This document shows positions 63,175 to 64,000 of a DNA stretch of 64,000 nt, piece after piece. The translations under genes and the position numbers were made by a program. The notes under the pieces were generated by a model, which saw nothing but the letters and a program-made list of their open reading frames with translations, did no database searches and was not told the DNA's origin. Source of the DNA: a virus; the IMG/VR virus record IMGVR_UViG_3300037189_005453, positions 15,517 to 79,516 of that record. One strand, given 5' to 3'. How positions within the stretch are numbered: the first letter of the stretch is position 1; each line of letters starts with the position of its first letter.

Positions 63175-64000
63175 TTAGTTGGTGTAAACCTTGTTGATAG
63201 CGTTGTCGGTGATGATACCGAGACCCCAGATGGAGTACCATGCCAGAGCGTGCTCACGACCGAAGTCGAGAACGCCACCGTCACGGAGCTCAACGGGGAG
63301 CGAGATAGCGTGTCCGAAAGCGTTGTCACCAATCATGATCGATTCGTAGACAGTCTTACCAGAAGCAGGCGTACCCGAGTTGGCAGCGTTGTTGGTGGTC
63401 TCAGGGTTACCACCAAGACCAGCAGCGGTGTTAGCCGATACTGGAACCGAAGTCTGTGACGACGGAGCAGCCTGGTTCGAGGTGTAGTCGAACGGAGTTG
63501 CGTTGGTGAATGCGTTAACCTGAGTGGTCTCGATGAAGACGACGTCGAAAAGACGACCGATCTCACCAAGCATGAAGTTACCAGGAGCAGCGTACTTCGT
63601 AACCTCGATGAACTCGGGGTTTGAACGAAGGTCACGAGACTGCTTCGGGTGGATGAACTGAACGTAGGTCTCACCAATGCGAGGGATGTTCTTCGAAGCC
63701 AGAACCAGAGCGGAGTCCTTGATGGCACCCGTGGTGAGCTTGAAGTTACCGTTCAGGCCAGCGATGGAGGTACCAACGGTACCTTCCTGGTACTGGTTGA
63801 ATGTGGTGGCCGAGTTGTCGAATGCCGAGCGGTCGTAACCGAAGGTAGCTGACGTAGCAGCACCCAGGGTCTGACGAGCCTGAACATCGAGGTACTGAGC
63901 CATGTGGCGACCAAGAAGACGCGAAGCCGAAGCCATGATGTCATCGAACGAAGCGTTGAGCAGAAGCTCTGAGACAGCTACAGCGTAGCCGTGCTCTGCA
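63175..64000 (-). CDS. major capsid protein (N4-gp56-like family), 5' end outside window
   Basis: FIHP.Q..DL...EF...KYA.....GEIG....V.FIET; DFGREH.LAWY; frame open to the window edge. Confidence 0.9.
   Translation of the reverse strand, partial: AEHGYAVAVSELLLNASFDDIMASASRLLGRHMAQYLDVQARQTLGAATSATFGYDRSAFDNSATTFNQYQEGTVGTSIAGLNGNFKLTTGAIKDSALVLASKNIPRIGETYVQFIHPKQSRDLRSNPEFIEVTKYAAPGNFMLGEIGRLFDVVFIETTQVNAFTNATPFDYTSNQAAPSSQTSVPVSANTAAGLGGNPETTNNAANSGTPASGKTVYESIMIGDNAFGHAISLPVELRDGGVLDFGREHALAWYSIWGLGIITDNAINKVYTN

Noticed and set aside
1-64000. tRNA, tmRNA, integrase or attachment site
   Set aside because: Intergenic gaps are short and none showed a cloverleaf; no recombinase motifs recognised. 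A tRNAscan/Infernal run would confirm.

Overview
A 64-kb slice of a large, apparently lytic tailed phage with a contractile tail. The host is probably actinobacterial (two WhiB genes), and the gene order resembles Bxz1/cluster-C-like myoviruses. Positions 1-1920 hold a few small + strand genes (WhiB, pyrimidine-dimer glycosylase, HicA-like) ending at a convergent terminator. Everything else is on the - strand. In transcription order (right to left): N4-gp56-like major capsid (partial); neck and fibre genes; endolysin with a fused holin-like tail; head-closure protein; an array of ten tiny basic or Cys-rich ORFs; HNH; tail terminator, sheath, tube and chaperones; short tape measure with an M23 domain; baseplate. 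The replication/recombination block follows (initiator, DnaC-like, DnaB-like, primase, SNF2 helicase, SSB, PolA, RecA, two resolvases, Cas4-like, Nmad1, SpoVS), then a 7-kb block of low-complexity orphan proteins and a terminal operon (NTase, Cys peptide, HAD-like, TGT/DpdA-like fusion). The most unusual signal is in that last operon. About 2.3 kb is strongly and strand-specifically depleted of AG (no AAG at all on the + strand), starting beside three copies of a 15-bp repeat and fading with distance. It overlies a TGT/DpdA-fold gene with an altered catalytic motif fused to a Cys-cluster domain. Other hidden features: a stand-alone ribonucleotide-reductase-tail-like CxxC peptide, a likely ATT start for the initiator, a likely +1 frameshift in the tail chaperone, an internal start producing a holin from the endolysin gene, a 12-bp motif beside three hairpins, and hairpins with anti-Shine-Dalgarno loops. 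All product calls come from motif recognition by eye; no database searches were run. No tRNA, CRISPR array, integrase or terminase large subunit was recognised.
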